64,000 nucleotides of DNA from Leptospiraceae bacterium (GTDB lineage Bacteria; Spirochaetota; Leptospiria; Leptospirales; Leptonemataceae): contig JAVJNR010000004.1 in assembly GCA_040217195.1 (NCBI GenBank), forward strand, positions 960,001 through 1,024,000, read 5' to 3'. The notes beneath the pieces were generated by a model. The model was not told where the DNA came from and searched no databases. It saw only the letters and a program-made list of their open reading frames with translations. The translations under genes and the position numbers were made by a program. Below are positions 62,474 through 64,000 of this stretch, piece after piece (position 1 is the stretch's first letter; each line of letters starts with the position of its first letter).

Positions 62474-63538
62474 TCAGAAGCGAGCCTGAAACTCCAGGCC
62501 AATGGTGCTTAATTTGTCTTTCTGTGTGTAAAAGGGGCCGCTAACGGGATTTTCGATAGTAACCAATCCCCCGGCTTTGATGCTTCCGCTAGTAGGCGTG
62601 TAGTACCGATTTTCAGTTCCGTAGTGGAGTTTTATGGAAACGCTTTCGTTGATTAAGTAGCCCAGACCCAGGTGAAATCGGCTGGTGCGAAGATCCCCGT
62701 CCGAAGTGTATTCCGAACTTGTCTCCAGGGGAAATGTACTACTGCCCAGGGTTAAAAGCGATAGACTCGAGATTATAGCTGTGCTCTGCCCTTTGCCCGC
62801 ACCGAAAGAAGCGCCGGCCTCAAATTCCAGTTTTTCGGCGAATTGCTTTCTATAGATCAGGCCAAAGTGCAAATCAGCGGTGGTAATGTTATGTTCGGTG
62901 CTTCCTGTTGAATTGATCTGACTGATGCTGGAGCTGGTAATGCTACCGGATGTGCCAGAATCTACTTGAGTGAACCCGGTATTGTACTGATCGGCGAAGA
63001 ATTCATCCCGGGCCAGCTGTAGTCCCAGAATAAATCCCACATCTTTTAGCACACTGCTCTGGTCTCGAAAAAGGTACAACTCATGATCATACCCTAATTC
63101 GAAATGCTTCAGTTCGCTTTTCTGAAAGATACTGAATTGATTGGAGTTGGTCTGTGATATGATATTGAAAGTTTGCGAGTAAAGATAGGAAAGACCTTTC
63201 GCATCCAGCTTAGCAGATCCTGTTCCGGCATATCCCAGATTGATGTTTCCCCGGTTATTCGCTCCTCCGATGCTGATAATCAGTTCAACCATGGGCATGG
63301 ATTGCCTGGCCTGTCCGTAGTCGAAGTAGTCTGCTGGAACGGCCAGCAATGAGCCACTGAACAGTGAGGAATTCTGCAGGCCAGTCTGTCTTAATTTATC
63401 AAGCTCATTGAAAGCAGCCGGCTCCCAGGAAGCCTGGCTTATTCGTAATCCGAACCAGGAATTGGGAGACTCCTCGGCTTGAGTGGCAGTCAAAGAGCCA
63501 AAAATCAAAACAGCAAGTACCAGTTGTATCCGTTTCAT
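62474..63538 (-). CDS. Putative outer-membrane beta-barrel protein
   Basis: Signal peptide MKRIQLVLAVL...TQA, amphipathic beta strands, C-terminal GLEFQARF; GAGG RBS before 63538. Confidence 0.75.
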   Translation of the reverse strand: MKRIQLVLAVLIFGSLTATQAEESPNSWFGLRISQASWEPAAFNELDKLRQTGLQNSSLFSGSLLAVPADYFDYGQARQSMPMVELIISIGGANNRGNINLGYAGTGSAKLDAKGLSYLYSQTFNIISQTNSNQFSIFQKSELKHFELGYDHELYLFRDQSSVLKDVGFILGLQLARDEFFADQYNTGFTQVDSGTSGSITSSSISQINSTGSTEHNITTADLHFGLIYRKQFAEKLEFEAGASFGAGKGQSTAIISSLSLLTLGSSTFPLETSSEYTSDGDLRTSRFHLGLGYLINESVSIKLHYGTENRYYTPTSGSIKAGGLVTIENPVSGPFYTQKDKLSTIGLEFQARF

Positions 63539-63730
63539 GTAATCCTCGCACTCCGAATTGGGAGCTGATAGATGCATGATACAGGGCTTTCTGGGATAGA
63601 TCGACCGATTGGGCCCATTTGTACGGATACTGACAGATCTTTTTAACAGGCAGGAGCAAGGACTGACGTCAGATTTGATGAAAAGAATTGCTGGCAGAGG
63701 ATTGGAAGCCTCCGCTAATGTGTGTCGTCC

Positions 63731-64000
63731 ATGTTTGCATCCCAACCTAGACTTAGATTGGCTGGATTGGCCGTTTCCCTGGTGATACTTTTTATTCCCG
63801 GGGTTTTACTTTCAGAAGAGCCATGCATTCTGGACAAGTCCAAATCAAGCTCCTTGCTGGCATGCACTGAATTTAAGTTCTACCCGTCCGAATTCAGTGG
63901 CCCCGATGACCTGAATGAATTTCAATCTATGCTTTTAGAGAAAGGCTGGGAAGGACGGGAAGGAAGCCAGTGGAGGTTTCCGGGACATACGGATGTACTC
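63731..64000 (+). CDS. Hypothetical exported protein, partial (runs off window end)
   Basis: Not in the ORF track. Open from ATG 63731 to the end: MFASQPRLRLAGLAVSLVILFIPGVLLSEEPC... Confidence 0.6.
   Translation, partial: MFASQPRLRLAGLAVSLVILFIPGVLLSEEPCILDKSKSSSLLACTEFKFYPSEFSGPDDLNEFQSMLLEKGWEGREGSQWRFPGHTDVL

Overview
A 64-kb chromosomal segment of a spirochaete, most likely Leptospiraceae (inferred from CheX, membrane-anchored AraC regulators, a HAMP-SpoIIE-TPR phosphatase and spirochaete-type lipoboxes). It holds housekeeping genes (gltX 5' end, xseB, a GlmU-like gene, glmS, a glmM-like mutase, tRNA-Leu(GAG), ttcA, a biotin carboxylase-BCCP fusion, monomeric icd) mixed with signalling, envelope, lipid-catabolism and stress genes. 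I saw no CRISPR array, integrase, transposase or prophage, and no complete novel system can be proven from sequence alone. Best leads: (1) a window-wide pattern of TTGAC-like -35 boxes 33-37 nt upstream of start codons, suggesting widespread leaderless mRNAs; (2) a cupin-HNH nuclease / HIT cassette near tRNA-Leu that may be defensive; (3) a structured, apparently non-coding 480-bp gap at 31.7-32.2 kb; (4) a Tat/lipoprotein HiPIP under a perfect 7-1-7 Fur-like box; (5) a LysM membrane protein with a duplicated cytoplasmic domain; (6) a shared promoter motif downstream of the AraC genes; (7) two apparently disrupted genes. All calls come from reading the sequence and recognising motifs; no database search was run.
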